Origin: an uncultured virus (IMG/VR IMGVR_UViG_3300021400_000104)
Taxonomy: Duplodnaviria > Heunggongvirae > Uroviricota > Caudoviricetes
DNA length: 64,000 nt
Direction: 5' to 3' (one strand)
IMG/VR virus record: IMGVR_UViG_3300021400_000104
The notes below the pieces were generated by a model that worked only from the letters and a program-made list of their open reading frames with translations, made no database searches and was not told the origin of the DNA. Positions 14,502 to 27,886 of the stretch are shown here, one piece after another. Numbering within the stretch: position 1 is the stretch's first letter; every line of letters starts with the position of its first letter. The position numbers and the translations under genes were made by a program.

Positions 14502-15233
14502 TCATCTCCCAATTAAGAAGAAATTATTATCTTCTCCAACAAGTATGTCTTTAGAAGATGATGGCTCTTCTTCTTTCATTAGACGTTCAGAAATTGTTAC
14601 ATATATAACATTATCAATACTTAAATTATCAAAACCAACAATTTCCCATCTTCTTTTTTTATATTCAAAATGAGTTCCTTTTTTAATAAAATCAAAATCT
14701 TTAGTAATAAAACTTCTTGTTGCAAATGGTTCTCTATATCCATATTGTAAATGAGCATGAGCAAAAGTATCTTGAACAAAATTAGAACTAGCATTAACTA
14801 TTTTTGCCGGAAAACTATCATTAGTAGTTCCATATTCATCAGTAAAATTAATTTCAGTATCAAGGCAGATTATTTTAAAAAGCTAGTATCCCTTTGTCAT
14901 ATTATCATCAACAAAAAGCACTAACCAAATCTTATCTTGTTCTTTATCCTTAATTTTAGATTTAATTTTTAACATATCACCAGTTTTTAGGGGTGCCTCA
15001 GATGTTGAAATAAGTAAATTTCCAATTAAATTACTTTCATTCCATTTATTGGGCTATAAAGAACATTTTATATTCTTTTCTTCTTCATTTATTTCATAAA
15101 TAGTTGCAAGATATTCTGTCTTTTTTAAAAATATCAAATCAAATTCTTTTTCCTTCCTTGTCTTGACTCTATCTTGCTAATTTTCTCCATCTCTATTAAT
15201 TCTTTTCAAATAAACTTCATCAAAATATCCCAT
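14502..15233 (-). CDS. Putative head-closure/neck protein (~243 aa, TAG read-through)
   Basis: MGYFDEVYLKRINRDG..; open frame with TAG=Q; synteny. Confidence 0.55.
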
Positions 15234-15502
15234 TAAGCATCAATCCTATCAAAAAGATTCATACATTCGAATATTGTTTTTCTATAGTATTTATAAGACA
15301 AATATCGACAAGCCGAAAGTTTACTAAATAAAGTATAATAATCAATTGTCTTATTACTATCTGAATATCCAATTAACTCAATAAGTATTGTATCTAAATA
15401 TTTTTCCCATTCGCCATCTTTTTCCCTTTCACGAAGAAGCCCATAGAGCTTCCTTTTCATTTTATCTCTATAGGCTTCCTTTATTTCCAAATTATTATTC
15501 AT
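15233..15502 (-). CDS. Hypothetical protein (89 aa)
   Basis: ORF translationally coupled to both neighbours. Confidence 0.65.
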   Translation of the reverse strand: MNNNLEIKEAYRDKMKRKLYGLLREREKDGEWEKYLDTILIELIGYSDSNKTIDYYTLFSKLSACRYLSYKYYRKTIFECMNLFDRIDA

Positions 15503-15957
15503 TTCTTTCTTTTCCCACCAGCAAGCCTTCTAAAATTAAATGGCTTTCTGTTTATTGAACGATAATAAACGCTCTCTAAAAATTTAGCTTCAGTGATAAC
15601 TTGATCTTTAAGCTAAATAAAAGTTTTAAGCAAATTAGCTTGGGAAAAATCTTTTTCATCATATTGAGTTTTTATATTCTCCCATGAGTCAATAGTCCTT
15701 TTTAACCATTCTTGCTTCATATATGTAGCAATGACATTAACTTCCTACTAGCTCATTTTTGGGTCAATAAAAGTTTGTGTTGCCTCATCAATATCGAGGC
15801 TACAACGAGGAAACTTGAAGTAAGGAAGTGCCGCGTTAAGAAACGCTCGCCAATCCTTAGTGAACCATTCCAAGTCCTCCTAAGAATAGCAATGAGACCA
15901 ATCGTCCTCATTAACTCTACTCAAAAAAGCATCATAAACATCCATTAAGGTTATCAT
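15499..15957 (-). CDS. Putative head-tail adaptor (~152 aa, TAG read-through)
   Basis: MITLMDVYDAFLSRV..DFSQANLL; synteny after capsid genes. Confidence 0.55.
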
Positions 15958-15968
15958 TTAATCACCTT

Positions 15969-16502
15969 TTATCCTCTGCGCCCCTCTGAAGCATATGCTT
16001 CCTATTTTCTGCGCTCAAGTTCGTCTGCTTTAGCATCTTCCTCTCTTGCTCTAATGGCAGCAAAAATATCCTTATGTGTTAAATCCTTAAGGAACATACA
16101 CTTATCAGTATTTACAATCTTATTTTCAATTGCAAATTCAATCAAATTATCTACTTGTACTCTTGGCAAAGAGACTACTTCCTTTTTAAAAACAGCAATT
16201 GGAACATTCTCCAATAAATTTTTCATATCCTATATTGACAAAGCCTTAATATTAACTGGGGCTGTGGCCTCTTGCGGTTCAAGTCCTAAATCCTTCTTAA
16301 TTTGCATATCCTAAATATACAAAACCCCGCTATCAAGCATTCTCCTAAAACCATCTTGCCATAATAAATTTTCAACTGCTTCATAAGGAATTGGAAGTGT
16401 CTATCCTCTCTTTACCCATCTTCTATTGATCCCATATGTTGGATCCTTTACACTTACCATCCCATTTACCATATTCGTAATCATTACCATCTTTTGTGCC
16501 AT
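15969..16502 (-). CDS. Hypothetical head-region protein (~177 aa, TAG read-through)
   Basis: RBS AGGAGG; includes fragment 16002-16226. Confidence 0.65.
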
Positions 16503-16524
16503 TATCTTTTCCTCCTTTTAACTC

Positions 16525-16560
16525 AAAAACGGTAAGTGAGCTTTGCTCACTCACCGCTTT
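16525..16560 (-). terminator. Intrinsic terminator after major capsid gene
   Basis: GGTGAGTGAG/CTCACTTACC hairpin followed by TTTTT. Confidence 0.7.
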
Positions 16561-16585
16561 CATTAATCTTATTTTTTTATTTTAA

Positions 16586-17740
16586 TTAGTCGTTATCAAA
16601 AGTGTCTGCATTAATTTCAAGCTGATACTGAGTAGGATACTTATCCTGATCCATAAGCTCTCCATTAATATAAATACACCAGTCATGATTTGTAATAATT
16701 GCTACACCAACACGAGCATAAACTTCAACGTCGAAGCTACGATCTCTATGCTGCCACTCATCAACCTGAGTTGGTCCTTCAAATACTACCTTAACAGGCT
16801 TATTATCACCATTCGGGAATACATAAGCTGCGGCAGGATTCATTACATAAGTCTCATTTCTCTCATCGGTGAAAGACTGAGGAAGCTCTACAATAGGAGT
16901 TCCACGGAAGGTCTTAATTCTTCCATACTGTGCAATTTCCTCAATATTACGAGGATTATATACAGGAGTTGCATAACCAGGAGCAATAGTTGTACCAGGG
17001 ACTGGATTTGCAGGAAGAGCATATGTTCCATATACTGGCATACCAACTGCATCAGGCCCCATTGCGGCAACGAACTCTGGAGTTGCATAAATAGTTGCAG
17101 TTCCAGTAGTGCTATATGTCTAAGCAACAGAAATAAGTCTAGTCATAAGCTCAGGATCGAAACCATTTGAATAAGCCTTATTTGCTGCAGGACGATCCTC
17201 TGCATTTACAGCAGCGAGAAGTGCCTTCTGAATCTCACGATAAATTGCATCCTGAATACCTTCCATAAGCAGGCCGGCAGATTCAGAAATATCCTCATCT
17301 CCACAAAGATAGCGCTCAAAGTCAATATAAGCTGCGCCACCAATTGCACGTCCACCAAGTTCGAAGGTGTTGCTATCAAGTCTAAAGCTCTCATATACAC
17401 CAGAAAGAGCTACTGCAGTAATAAACTGCTTTGCACGTCTACGTCCAGTCTTAACAATAAACTGTGCCTTGGTCTTTAGAGGTACAGTTCTTACCTCGGC
17501 AAAAGTACCGATAAAGTCCTCAACGGACTTAGGAAGAATCTCGGTATATGCCTCTTGCATAATCTCAAAGAGATCATTCTTATTTCTACGATAAGAATTA
17601 TAGTCATGAGCAATCTTATGGATTTCCTCCTTAAGAGTGTCTCTTACATCATTAATAGAAAACTTACTTGGATCAGGGTTAGTGCCATAGTATGAATGTA
17701 CTACCAAGTCCTTTACTGCCTGAATATCTACATTAGCCAT
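16586..17740 (-). CDS. Major capsid protein (~384 aa, one in-frame TAG at 17120)
   Basis: Fragments 17120-17764 and 16586-17062 join through TAG (LISVA-Q-TYSTTGTATIYATPEF); GRIKTFRGTPIVELPQ motif; strong RBS; position. Confidence 0.8.
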
Positions 17741-17764
17741 TATCTTTCTAACCTCCTTTTCCAA

Positions 17765-18505
17765 TTACTTAATTGTAGCTGGATCAATGAACATGATCTT
17801 AAAGCTATCAGTATTATCTGCGTTATAATATGCCTCTGTTACTACTCCGATAACATTTCCGAGAGCCTTAGTTGCAAGCTATGCCTTTGGAAGACCAATT
17901 ACGAGCTTACCTTGAGACTCTTCTGTTACTGCACAATAAATTGGAGCAGGAGTATCATAATTCTAATTAGTATAAGCGCCATTGGAAATAGTAGTCTTTC
18001 TACCATTAGTTGCATCTCTCATAGTTGCAATAGCCGCCTTTACTGCTGCATATACATCATTAGAAGTAGAATCTGCATCAATATCCTCAAGAGTACAATT
18101 CGCATCATCCCAAGCAACTGCATTTGTGCAAATTCTCATACCTGGCTCAACAAAACCGATACGAGGGAGATATTCTCCAGTAATCATACAGAAATTTCTA
18201 CGTCCAGGAGTAAACTGATTATAAAGTCTCTCTGTAGAATAATTAATTCCCATCTTATACCCTAAATCAGACAATGTCTTAGTTGGAATAGTAGCAATCT
18301 TACGCTCCTTATCAATCATTAAGAAAGCTCCATCCTCAGCAACAATCTTTCCTGCGGCAGTCTCAGCAGGAGTTACAGGAAAAGTAGAAGCAAATACATC
18401 TGGGTCAAGCTCGCACTGAGCTTCAACCATACCAGAACGATTAAACCATACCTGTGATGGCTCAATCTGGCCATAACCCTTGCAATCAAAATACTTAATC
18501 GCCAT
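17765..18505 (-). CDS. Putative capsid decoration/structural protein (~246 aa, TAG read-through)
   Basis: Between scaffold and MCP; frame continues past TAG at 17963 to TAA. Confidence 0.6.
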
Positions 18506-19950
18506 TACTTATTACCCCCATTTTTATAATTATTAATTAATCTTGCGGCACGAGACATATTAGAATTCTCATCGCCACTTACACTTCCGCCCTTATAGTA
18601 CATGCTCTGACTCTCATGTCTATTTACGAAAATAGAAGGACTTGACTCTACAGCTGCTGTGCACACTTCCTTCTTGAAGTCTTCAACTGAATAATTTTCA
18701 ATATTATTCTGGAATTCAGTAACTGCACTTTCGCTAAGATATTCCTCATACTTATTAAGAATTTCCTCTTTCTGACTCTTCTCAATTGCCTTCTTAAAAG
18801 CAATAAGAGTTTCATTCTCACTTGTAATGTCAGAAATTTTCTATTCCATTTCAACTTTTTCGGCCTCCAAAGCCTCAATTTGTTCGCCTCTTCTCTGGAA
18901 CTCGTCTGGGAATCCTTCTGCATTAGCTAACCAAGCCGCAGCCTCATGGAATTTTTCTTGAATATGTGCCTTTTCTTTTTCAAGCTCATCAATCTTTTCC
19001 ATAGCATTATTATAAGAAGTATTTGCTGCCTCATAAGTACCGCCAATTGCCTTCATAGCTTCAAGAGCTGCATATTCGCTTGTAGTAACATCAACAATCT
19101 ATACTTCAACAGATTCACCAATAGAAATATTGTCCCCATCCTTGGTGTAATAAACTCTCTTGTAGCCTGTTGGACTTACGCAAAGTGCGTAATCATCATA
19201 AACTTCAGTAATAATGCCGTCAAGCTACCAACCGCCTTCTTCATTGAAGTTAGGATTAATTAGATCAAACAAAATATCTGCTTTCTAATTATCAGAAATT
19301 CTGAACAATGTCTTATCCATTTTTGCTTTCTCCTCCTTCTTGCTAAAATTATTTATATAATCAACCAATTCTTGGACATCTTTTCTTAGATTATAAAATG
19401 CCGCGCCCTCAAAACAAGGTTCAACTTCTTCTCCAAGTACCTATAATCCTACCAAACAACCTGATAAGAAATGGTAATATGGCTAATTATCTTCTTCTGA
19501 TATTCTCCACTCTCCTTTGAGATTTCCTCTGAAAATCTCCATAGATTGTGACTCTCCTGGAATTAATTTTGCCTCTGGATATAAACCTGTAAATAAATAT
19601 ACATCTGCACAGGCATAAGTTCTTGTAACTCCATCCTCATCTACATGGTCTTCCCAAGCAAAATTAACATCAGCAGGAACTATACCATAAATTCTGCCAT
19701 CAGTATTATCTTCTCCATGATCCTCATAATCTATAGAATCTTTATTAAAAATTCCTTTTACTGGAGTATAAGGCAAAGAAGCAATAAGCTAATTGGCAAA
19801 ATCCTCTGATATAAAAGTGCGATTTCTATTCATACCTTTATAGAAAATTCGAACTCTGCTTTTTGATAAAGTTGGGTTTATAGTTTCTAAATTACCATAA
19901 ATAGTCACATCAAGAGTAGTAGGAATTTTGTTAAAATTCTCATCCATCAT
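18505..19950 (-). CDS. Prohead protease/scaffold protein (~481 aa, TAG read-through)
   Basis: N-term RIFYKGMNRN..SQSMEI..GLQVLG..EPCFEGA; coiled-coil C-term; between portal and capsid genes. Confidence 0.7.
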
Positions 19951-21509
19951 TCCTCATCCTCCTCGTCACTCTTTGTCTTTTTCTCTTCTTCTTTCTAAGT
20001 TTCTTCCTTGGTTTCTTTCTCTGCTGGCTCACTTTCTTTTTTAACTTCTCCAATTGGTTCACCCTGAGCTTTACCTGACTATGTATAAGCAGACTGAAGC
20101 GGTTTAAGCACTTCGTCCAATTCGAGCAAATCATTTTCAAGGTCCTTTAATGCAGATAGATTCGTCTAATCTAGGCCAGTTGATAAAACGGGAGTTAAGA
20201 AACTATATCCGAAAGCTGCAAGTTCTTTTGCTCTCGAAGTATAATCTGCACTATTATAATAGCTAATCGGTAGAATTAATAACTTAAATTTTACTTTCTT
20301 ATTCTCAAATTTATAATTTAATAAAACAGTAAAAAAGTGCGCGAAGCGTTGACCTAAAATCATCATCATTGCTAAGTCATTATTTACAGAATACGCTAAA
20401 CCAGCTTCTGTAGTTGAAAAGAATAATTCTTTCGATAGACCGGCAGATTCATAAATCAAATTTTGAACATCTTCAATTTCAGTTTTTTCGTCATCATCGC
20501 TACTCATATCAAGTAAATCTACATTTGCATAAGTAGTAAGTACGTCAACATCCTCATTATTTGCAAGCATATCAATGCTACCCTTATGCATTTCATCTGC
20601 TTCATCTGGTTCAAAAACTAACTACATTCCATCAATTGGTATTTTTTGAACTAATATCTTTTTTAAGGCCTACATATTTCTTTGCTTATCAATATCTTTA
20701 TAATCGTCCAAATCATCAAGTAATGGAATTAAATCCAAGAAAAATGGACGTTCTTCAAAATATGAAAAATAAATTCCCATTTCCGCAGGTAAAAATATCC
20801 ATTTTGGACCATCATGGAATTTATACTTACGATATGCTTTTCCAATAATCTTAGGATATGTATCAATTATTTCTTTTCTAAGCTATTCATCTCTAATTGT
20901 ATCAAAAAAAGCCATATTAAACTCAACAATATCAACATCCTACGCATTTTTAAAACGACTCCTACAATAATCAAATGGCAAATCCTAAATTACTACTGCA
21001 TCTCCTTCATCATGAATTAATCCATAATAGGCTCCTTTAACCAAGACTTCTTTTGCGAATAGTGCGCATTTTCGATCAATCTAAAAATTCGTACAAAAAT
21101 CTGATGCATTATAATAAGAAATAGCGGTCTTTCTTTCACGGATATTTCCTCGTCCAGTTTTATCTTTTGGATATGGAACTAAAATCCAAGAATAGGTTAA
21201 AAATGTTGCATAATGAAGAATAATTCTTTTATATAATCCATTTGTTTGAAAAAAGAACTCTGAAAGTGCTGCGCGCTCAATTGGATTACCTTGCTATACA
21301 ATTCTTAAAATTTCATCTTTTTCATAGGAATAATTCCTATTTCTTAGAAATTTAGAATCTGTTTTTTCATATGCTTCTTTTGAGGTGGCAATCATATCCT
21401 TAAAAGCCTTTTTAAATTGGCCTAATCTAAATTCGATTATTTCCTTCCTAGCCTTTTCCTGCTACTAATTAATATTATGCAAGTCCATATTATTAATTTG
21501 ATTACTCAA
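19947..21509 (-). CDS. Portal protein (~520 aa, TAG read-through)
   Basis: Directly after terminase; size; acidic C-tail; TTG start with GGAGGTGG RBS (alternative ATG 21488). Confidence 0.7.
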
Positions 21510-24352
21510 TGTCTTCCACCTCCTGCTGTATAAAATACAAGTTTTCTTTTAAGCCCTCTATTGCGGCGATGAGACATAGCTTCAGATTCAAGTTCTACCA
21601 TTCGATATAATCCCATTTCAAAAGCCGAGAACTTATCTTTTGTCATTCTTGTATTAATCAATTCAACAGCAATCTAATTACTAACTCCAGTTGGTTTTAC
21701 CTTCAGATTCATAATTTCATTAATTAAGTTAGAAGTCAATTCATGGGGCATAAGACGAGCAATACGCTATTCTGGAGTCATTTTTACCCCAGCTTTGGTA
21801 GATAATAATTTTTCTTTAGCCTTCCTCTCTGAAATTAAGAAATTTACACAACCTGAATAAACTTTCGAATAAACCGCCGAATGCATTTCACTATTAATTT
21901 GAGAATTTGCCTTAATACCATATAAAATTTTTGGGCAATTTCTTGGCTATACTGTCATATATTCTTCTCTATTAAAGAAACCATAAGCCGGCAAGAATGT
22001 ATTTGTTGCTGGATCAAACGTTTCTTTAATCATAGCATCTGCAAAACCAACACCAAGTCCATTAATATCTATAACAACCTCTTTTGGATTAAAACGCTAA
22101 ATTAATCTCTTTAATTCAAGAACCTATATATCAAAAATCTTTTCATTTTCTGTCTTTCCAAGTACAAAAAGATTGACTAAATTACAGTTATATCTGTCTC
22201 CATTAGGAAAAACTTTTAGAACAACACAAACAGTCTAACATCCTCGTCTTGCCACGTCCACCGATAATAAGTAGAAAGATTCTATACCTGATCTAACAAT
22301 CTCATGAGTTTCAGGATTAGTTAATCTTCTATGTGTTAAAAATTTCTCATAATCAAACCATGCTTCACTAGAACTACCAACAAAACGACTCATATACTCT
22401 TTCGCAAAACCGGCTTCGCTAAAAGTATTTGACATCTACATTTCATTTAGGAAGTCTTTTGAAAGTAATCCTGTTTTAATCGGTACACGATAATCAAAAC
22501 CCCAAATGAATACATTATTCGGATTTATAATAGAAAGTTCCATCATCTCAATTGTTTTATCATAAGCAAAAGTGTTCTTATCTGATGCAGAAGAAATCCA
22601 CATCTAAACTTGCTAAGGTTCATAAGGATTTTTGTCCTAATTTGCCATTGGTCTATCAATATTAAGTAACGGCAAAATAATTTCGTTAATATCATTAGCA
22701 TCATGGTCTCTATATTCGTCAAGGATTCCTGCTGTGGCACGATTACCACGAGTAGAATTAATCGGAGACATAATGTCCATTATTGATCCATTTCTAAATG
22801 TTAATTTAACATAGTCATTACCAAAATTCCCTTCTCCAACTATTTCTTCTTTAAGTAAAGGCAATAAATCCCACAATTGATGAATTTTTTGATTAGCGAT
22901 TTTTGCTCCTTGTGCCTTACCTGGTCATTAAATTTAATTGAGGTCGTTAATCTCAATCCATATGGCTCATAGTTTCCTATGAGATTAGACTATATTATCA
23001 TCTCTATAAAGAGAGTTTGCTCTTTCGGAATACTTATTCCTACTCCTCTGTCGAGGATAGTCGTTGAACTAATATATTATCTATTTCTGACAATTGCTTA
23101 TATGAAATATATAGAATTTTATAACCTTTTTTTAAGGCTATTTTCTTCTTTCTTTCATCAATTTCTTGTTGAATTTTTAACTATGCTTCTCCGCCAAATT
23201 TTTCTACTGGTTCATAATGCTATCTTCCTTGAAATTCAATCAATAAATTAAAGGCAGGTAAATAAAAATCAAATGGAGCTTTTGTAATTTCCTCTAATCT
23301 TTTTTGTTCCTCGTATTTAATGTTATGATTATCAAGAAATTCTCTTATTTTGTTCTCTCCTTTCGAAATTATTTTTAAACAAGGACAGTGACTATGATAT
23401 AATAAATCTCTTGGCTAACATTCAAAATATTTACCACATTTATGAAGAATAATTCCTTTCTTTGACCAGCCTTTATATCTGTCAGGAATGATTTTATATT
23501 CATTAGGAAATATAGCATCAATACGTTCTTGTGCTTCTTCAATAGAGAGCATTTTCCCTATTTTATCTCCTTTATATGTTTTCGCACAATATACACAAAA
23601 ATTTTTTCGAGTTTTCTTAAAAAAATTATTTGCATATTTTATCGTAGTAATATTTCCACAGTCTAAACATTTTATTTTAAATAAAGAATGCATATTTGTA
23701 AATTCTAATATTTCATAATTAACATGACCATAAAGGTCAAGAATTTTTTTATCAATTTCTTCAATTGTCATTATAAGACCTCCTTAGTGCTGATTTTCCA
23801 TTAATAGCTTTTAGGATTTAACCATGAGCCATCCATTATTTTTTTTCTACTTTCGTAACCATCATATCTGAGGTTTTTTGATATTGTGGTAATAATGGCT
23901 TTAGGACGTTCCAGCTTTTAAGCAAATTTTTCAATCCATCTCACAATGGAAGGGCGCATTCAGGATTTCGCGCACTAAAAGACATGGCTACCGGGCCTAA
24001 AAATACAAATTAAATAAAGAGCTAAAATACAGATAAAAGATTTTCCTGCCGCACGAGGTGCAATTGTTAAAATTCTTCCGTGTCGAAGGCAAACTCTTAA
24101 AAAAACAATTTGGAAAAATTTTAATCGGAATTTCGAAGTAGTAGGAGTAATTAATTTAATATATAAATCGGGATAAACACTCCATAATCTGCAATATCTC
24201 TTATATAAATCAAAGTTTCTTTCAATTCTTCTCTCTGTAATAACCGCCCCTTTTTCAAGAGGGACGCCATCTCTCATAAACTCACGAGACGCTTTTCCTA
24301 CAACATAGTGCATAGTATTTAATATCTAGTTAGGAAATAAAATATTTATCAT
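21506..24352 (-). CDS. terL: Terminase large subunit; exons 23970-24352 and 21506-22925, split by group I intron; TAG read-through
   Basis: Walker A APRAAGKS, Walker B GILDEYR, nuclease motif LSVDVAR; splicing restores HVFQCA-PGKAQGAKIA. Confidence 0.85.
22926..23969 (-). mobile_element. Group I intron in terminase gene
   Basis: P/Q-like AAAAGCTGGAACGTCC and AAAATCAGCA, R GTTCAACGACTA, S AATATAGTCTA, terminal G; removal restores reading frame. Confidence 0.8.
23034..23771 (-). CDS. Intron-encoded homing endonuclease, Zn-ribbon repeats plus Vsr/DUF559-like nuclease (~245 aa, TAG read-through)
   Basis: CxxC repeats then SKGENKI..FDFYLP..LIEFQGRQHY, the second Q encoded by TAG. Confidence 0.75.
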
Positions 24353-24357
24353 AAATA

Positions 24358-25299
24358 TCACTCCAAATTAACCTTGAAATCTTCTTCGTCTAATGGAGCA
24401 GATCCTTTTTCTTTCATATAATCTCTGAGTTCAGATTCATTGAAATCATTGCCTTGAAGCGCAGCCGCCTATTTCAACTATTCAATTCTCTATTCAATTT
24501 CTTCTGCGATACCTGTCTCTCCAACATATAATGCCTAATTCCAAAGTTTTATGTCTTTAATAGTAAAATCTACTTCGTCTCTAATTGCTCCATCATAATA
24601 TTCATTTACCCATCCCTTCTTTTCCAAATAAGCAAACATTTCTCCTGTAGAGTTAAATTCATTAGCATCCTTAACTACTTTTGGAGTTAAATTTGCAATT
24701 TTAGATAATGTGTCATATGACTTTAATTCTTTATCAAATTCTTCTCCGGCACGAATTTTCTATTCTATAATCAAAGAAATCTTGCACAATTTAAGGGCCT
24801 AGTCTTCATTTAATGCTCCAACAATATTCTAAGAATTTAATAGTCCTTGATGTAAATTTTCTAAATACTCTAGTTCTTCATCATCATATGTCATGCCCCA
24901 TTTCTACTGCATCTTTCTGCGGGTCGCGGCGCGAGTTTCTGGAAGTGCATCTTCGACTCTATTTTCTTCTTTTAATGTTAAATAAACATCATTATACATT
25001 TTCCAGTCAAGAGTATCATAAGGCTTTCCTCTGAACATAGAAATATAAAAGCCAATAGCATCTCTTCCGTGTCCTTGATAAATTTTATCAAATTCTTCCG
25101 GAATAAATGGCACATCTGCCCACTGGCAAATCTTATCCATAGTATTCCAAAGTTCTCCGTCCTAATTCGCCTAATCTAACTACTTAGCTAAACATTGTCT
25201 GCAAATTGGCAAACTACCGCCATGAATAATAGAATTTACTGCAATATAATTAGCTACAGTTTTTTCTTCTCCACAGCGCTAACATTTTTTTAATGCCAT
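24358..25299 (-). CDS. Zn-finger protein upstream of terminase (possible small terminase; ~313 aa, TAG read-through)
   Basis: MALKKCQRCGE..PICRQC; position; function inferred from synteny only. Confidence 0.55.
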
Positions 25300-25402
25300 C
25301 AGACTTCACCTCCTTGATATTTATGTGTGTGTGGTGTTCTCAAAACTTCAAAGAATTGGGACACCTATTATATAGGAGTCCCAAAAACTATTTTTAAAAA
25401 AA

Positions 25403-25687
25403 TTAAGCCCCCGCCCCATCTATATCAACTTTTGTCTATTTTTCTTTGCTCGCCGGCACCATGCAATGATTAGCTACCTAAATATCCTTAGCTAATTTTA
25501 ATAATTGCTTTCTTTTTAGTCTACTTTCTTCGCAGAATGCGGCGATAATATCAACACAATAATCGGTGAAATCTTCTTTTTCTTCTACTCCTAAAATCGC
25601 CCCAAATCCAACTAAATCTGTAACTTCAAAGTCTTTAAAGCAATTAAGTAAAGTCTCAATTTGTCTCTTTGGTAATTTATTAAACAT
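25403..25687 (-). CDS. Hypothetical protein (~94 aa, TAG read-through)
   Basis: ORF 25478-25687 extended to TAA. Confidence 0.5.
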
Positions 25688-25691
25688 CTAA

Positions 25692-26888
25692 TCACTTCCC
25701 CATTTGTCTTAATTCTTTATCACACTACTTACATCTCCCAGTCAATCCATCAGAAGACTTAGCTTTTTTAACAAAATTTCTGGGGTCGCGCAAGAGTTCT
25801 TTTTTACATCTACTACAAGTTTTCCAAGCCTTATTATAATTCCTACACAAGTATTCATCAAAATTAAGCTAAACCGCATCAGTAATTAACTTAACCGTCT
25901 TATTCCAAATTGTACTAATATAGTTCTCCTAATGATAAATGCCTAGTTCATCGTGAAGGTGTTGAGCAATTTCCTTGTTTGGACAGCGATTTTTCTTATC
26001 GCGCACAATAAGAGCTTGCTACTCACTCAATCCGGCTTTTTCTATATAGAAGTCTAAAGTCCAAAGTAGATTATTAAGTAAAGAATCTGGCTACTGTTCA
26101 ATATAATACTTAATTTCCTAATAATGCTAAATTAACTAATAAACATGCTCTTCATTAGTAAAATCAAAATACGGTTTCCCTGCTTCTTTTAATCTCTAAA
26201 TTTCTTCTTCAGTTACAATATTAAAATCCTTACTCTTATCGTGCCGCGGCACCATAAAATCTACATCATCTTCTTTTCTCATTACTCCTCTAGGATAAAT
26301 AGGATAATTCATTTGAGAATCAACAATATTCCCATGATATTCAGCTCTATTTTTATGGGCAATCATTGAAGAATACTATGAATCCCATAAATAATACTAT
26401 TGTTTTCTAAGCTAAATTAAATAATGAGTTAAATAATAAATATCTTTTTGATTAAGTTTGGGAGTTCCTTCTTCAAAAGGTTTCTTTCCCTAATTTTGAT
26501 CTAAAATATTCGCAAATTTGTCGATTTCCTACCATAACTCTATCATTCCAGGGATATTTTTTGCTTTTTCTCTATCAATGGAAGGCTTTGGCTTTTTATA
26601 AATCGCTTTATCTTGCTAATTCTAAAAAATTGTTTCATCAAAAGCAGGATTCTCCATCATTTCATCAAGAGAAACAATTTTCTCTTTATTATAAGAATTA
26701 AATTTTGTTTTTATTTGAACCTCTTTTCTATCTACACAACTTGTTCCATCTTCATCTTTTCCATATAACACATAATTGGTGACAGTTTCAAGTTCACTCT
26801 TATTAAGCGTGTCTAGTGGAATAGATTTTATTGCTGCTAAACGATCCTTAGAAGAATTAATACTAAAGTCAAGTTTAAACTTGGCCAT
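25692..26888 (-). CDS. Hypothetical DNA-binding protein with C-terminal Zn finger (~398 aa, TAG read-through)
   Basis: RBS GGAGGTG; C-term HTH-like segment and CSRCKK..GRCKQCDK. Confidence 0.6.
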
Positions 26889-27431
26889 GTCTATCACCTC
26901 CGATTATCCTTCTATTATAAGTATAGCAAATTCTGTGCGGAAAGTCAAATAAAATGGTAAGAAAGTCAATTGATTGACTTTTTAAAAAATGACCCTTGAA
27001 AATTTGTTAGCACGGGGCGTGCCGGCGCTTTAGCGTAGTAAAGTGCTAAAGAATCAGCCCCCCCCCTATTCCTATATGATTGATAGGTAATATAAGTCTT
27101 ATAGGTAAGCTATGCGCTGCGCCCTATTCGATAAAATAAGCCCGATATTCATAAATTATCTTATTTATGTTTACAAATATTTCACAGATAAACGGAAATG
27201 TTCACAAAATATTCATTGACTTTTATATCTCGATATGCTATAATATAGTCAGAAAATGAAACAGAAACAAAAAAGAAAAACCGCAAAAGCGGAACGCAAC
27301 TTGAAAATTAAACAAAAAAGGTCAAAAAACTTTGTGCAGATCGCCAATTGAATTATAGCGCGAAAAGTGCTATAATGAGACCGTAAACAAAAATTGATCC
27401 CTACGGATCGCACATTTAAGGAGGTTATACC

Positions 27432-27884
27432 ATGACCAAAACGACGACCATTGATACCACGCTCCAGGCCTTGACCGAGATCCTCGATCCGCTCGGCGCG
27501 AGCGTCTCCCCTGCACCTGCGATCGAAATCTCGATCGAGATTCCGAGCTGGCTCCTGTCGACCCTTGGTGACGAGCTGGACGGCGTGGCCATGATCCGCA
27601 CCGAGGACGACCGCCTTGTTACCTGGATTGCGGTCAATTTTATCCGTTCCGCCGCCGCCGCCCTCGATCACAAGGACTCCACTGCCCTCAATGACCTCAT
27701 CAGCAAAATGGACCGAACACCGGGCTGGACGTGCGTCTATTATGATGATGAGGACTGGAACGAATGGATTGATAATCCGGGCGACGCTTGCCGCCAGTGT
27801 CTGATTTTGACACATTCTCCCAGTGACGTGGCATTCTTCATCTACGCTGACGGCCTCAGCGACCTTATGAACGAGGAGGTGTAA
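27432..27884 (+). CDS. Hypothetical early protein (150 aa)
   Basis: AAGGAGG RBS, upstream sigma-A-like promoter. Confidence 0.7.
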   Translation: MTKTTTIDTTLQALTEILDPLGASVSPAPAIEISIEIPSWLLSTLGDELDGVAMIRTEDDRLVTWIAVNFIRSAAAALDHKDSTALNDLISKMDRTPGWTCVYYDDEDWNEWIDNPGDACRQCLILTHSPSDVAFFIYADGLSDLMNEEV

Positions 27885-27886
27885 AT

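Noticed and set aside
4360..25034. Plus-strand ORFs in the structural region and antisense ORFs over GC-rich early genes
   Set aside because: Shadow ORFs opposite well-supported genes, without RBS
1..26888. Pseudogenised or degraded prophage structural genes
   Set aside because: Interruptions checked are all in-frame TAG with no frameshifts; recoding explains them
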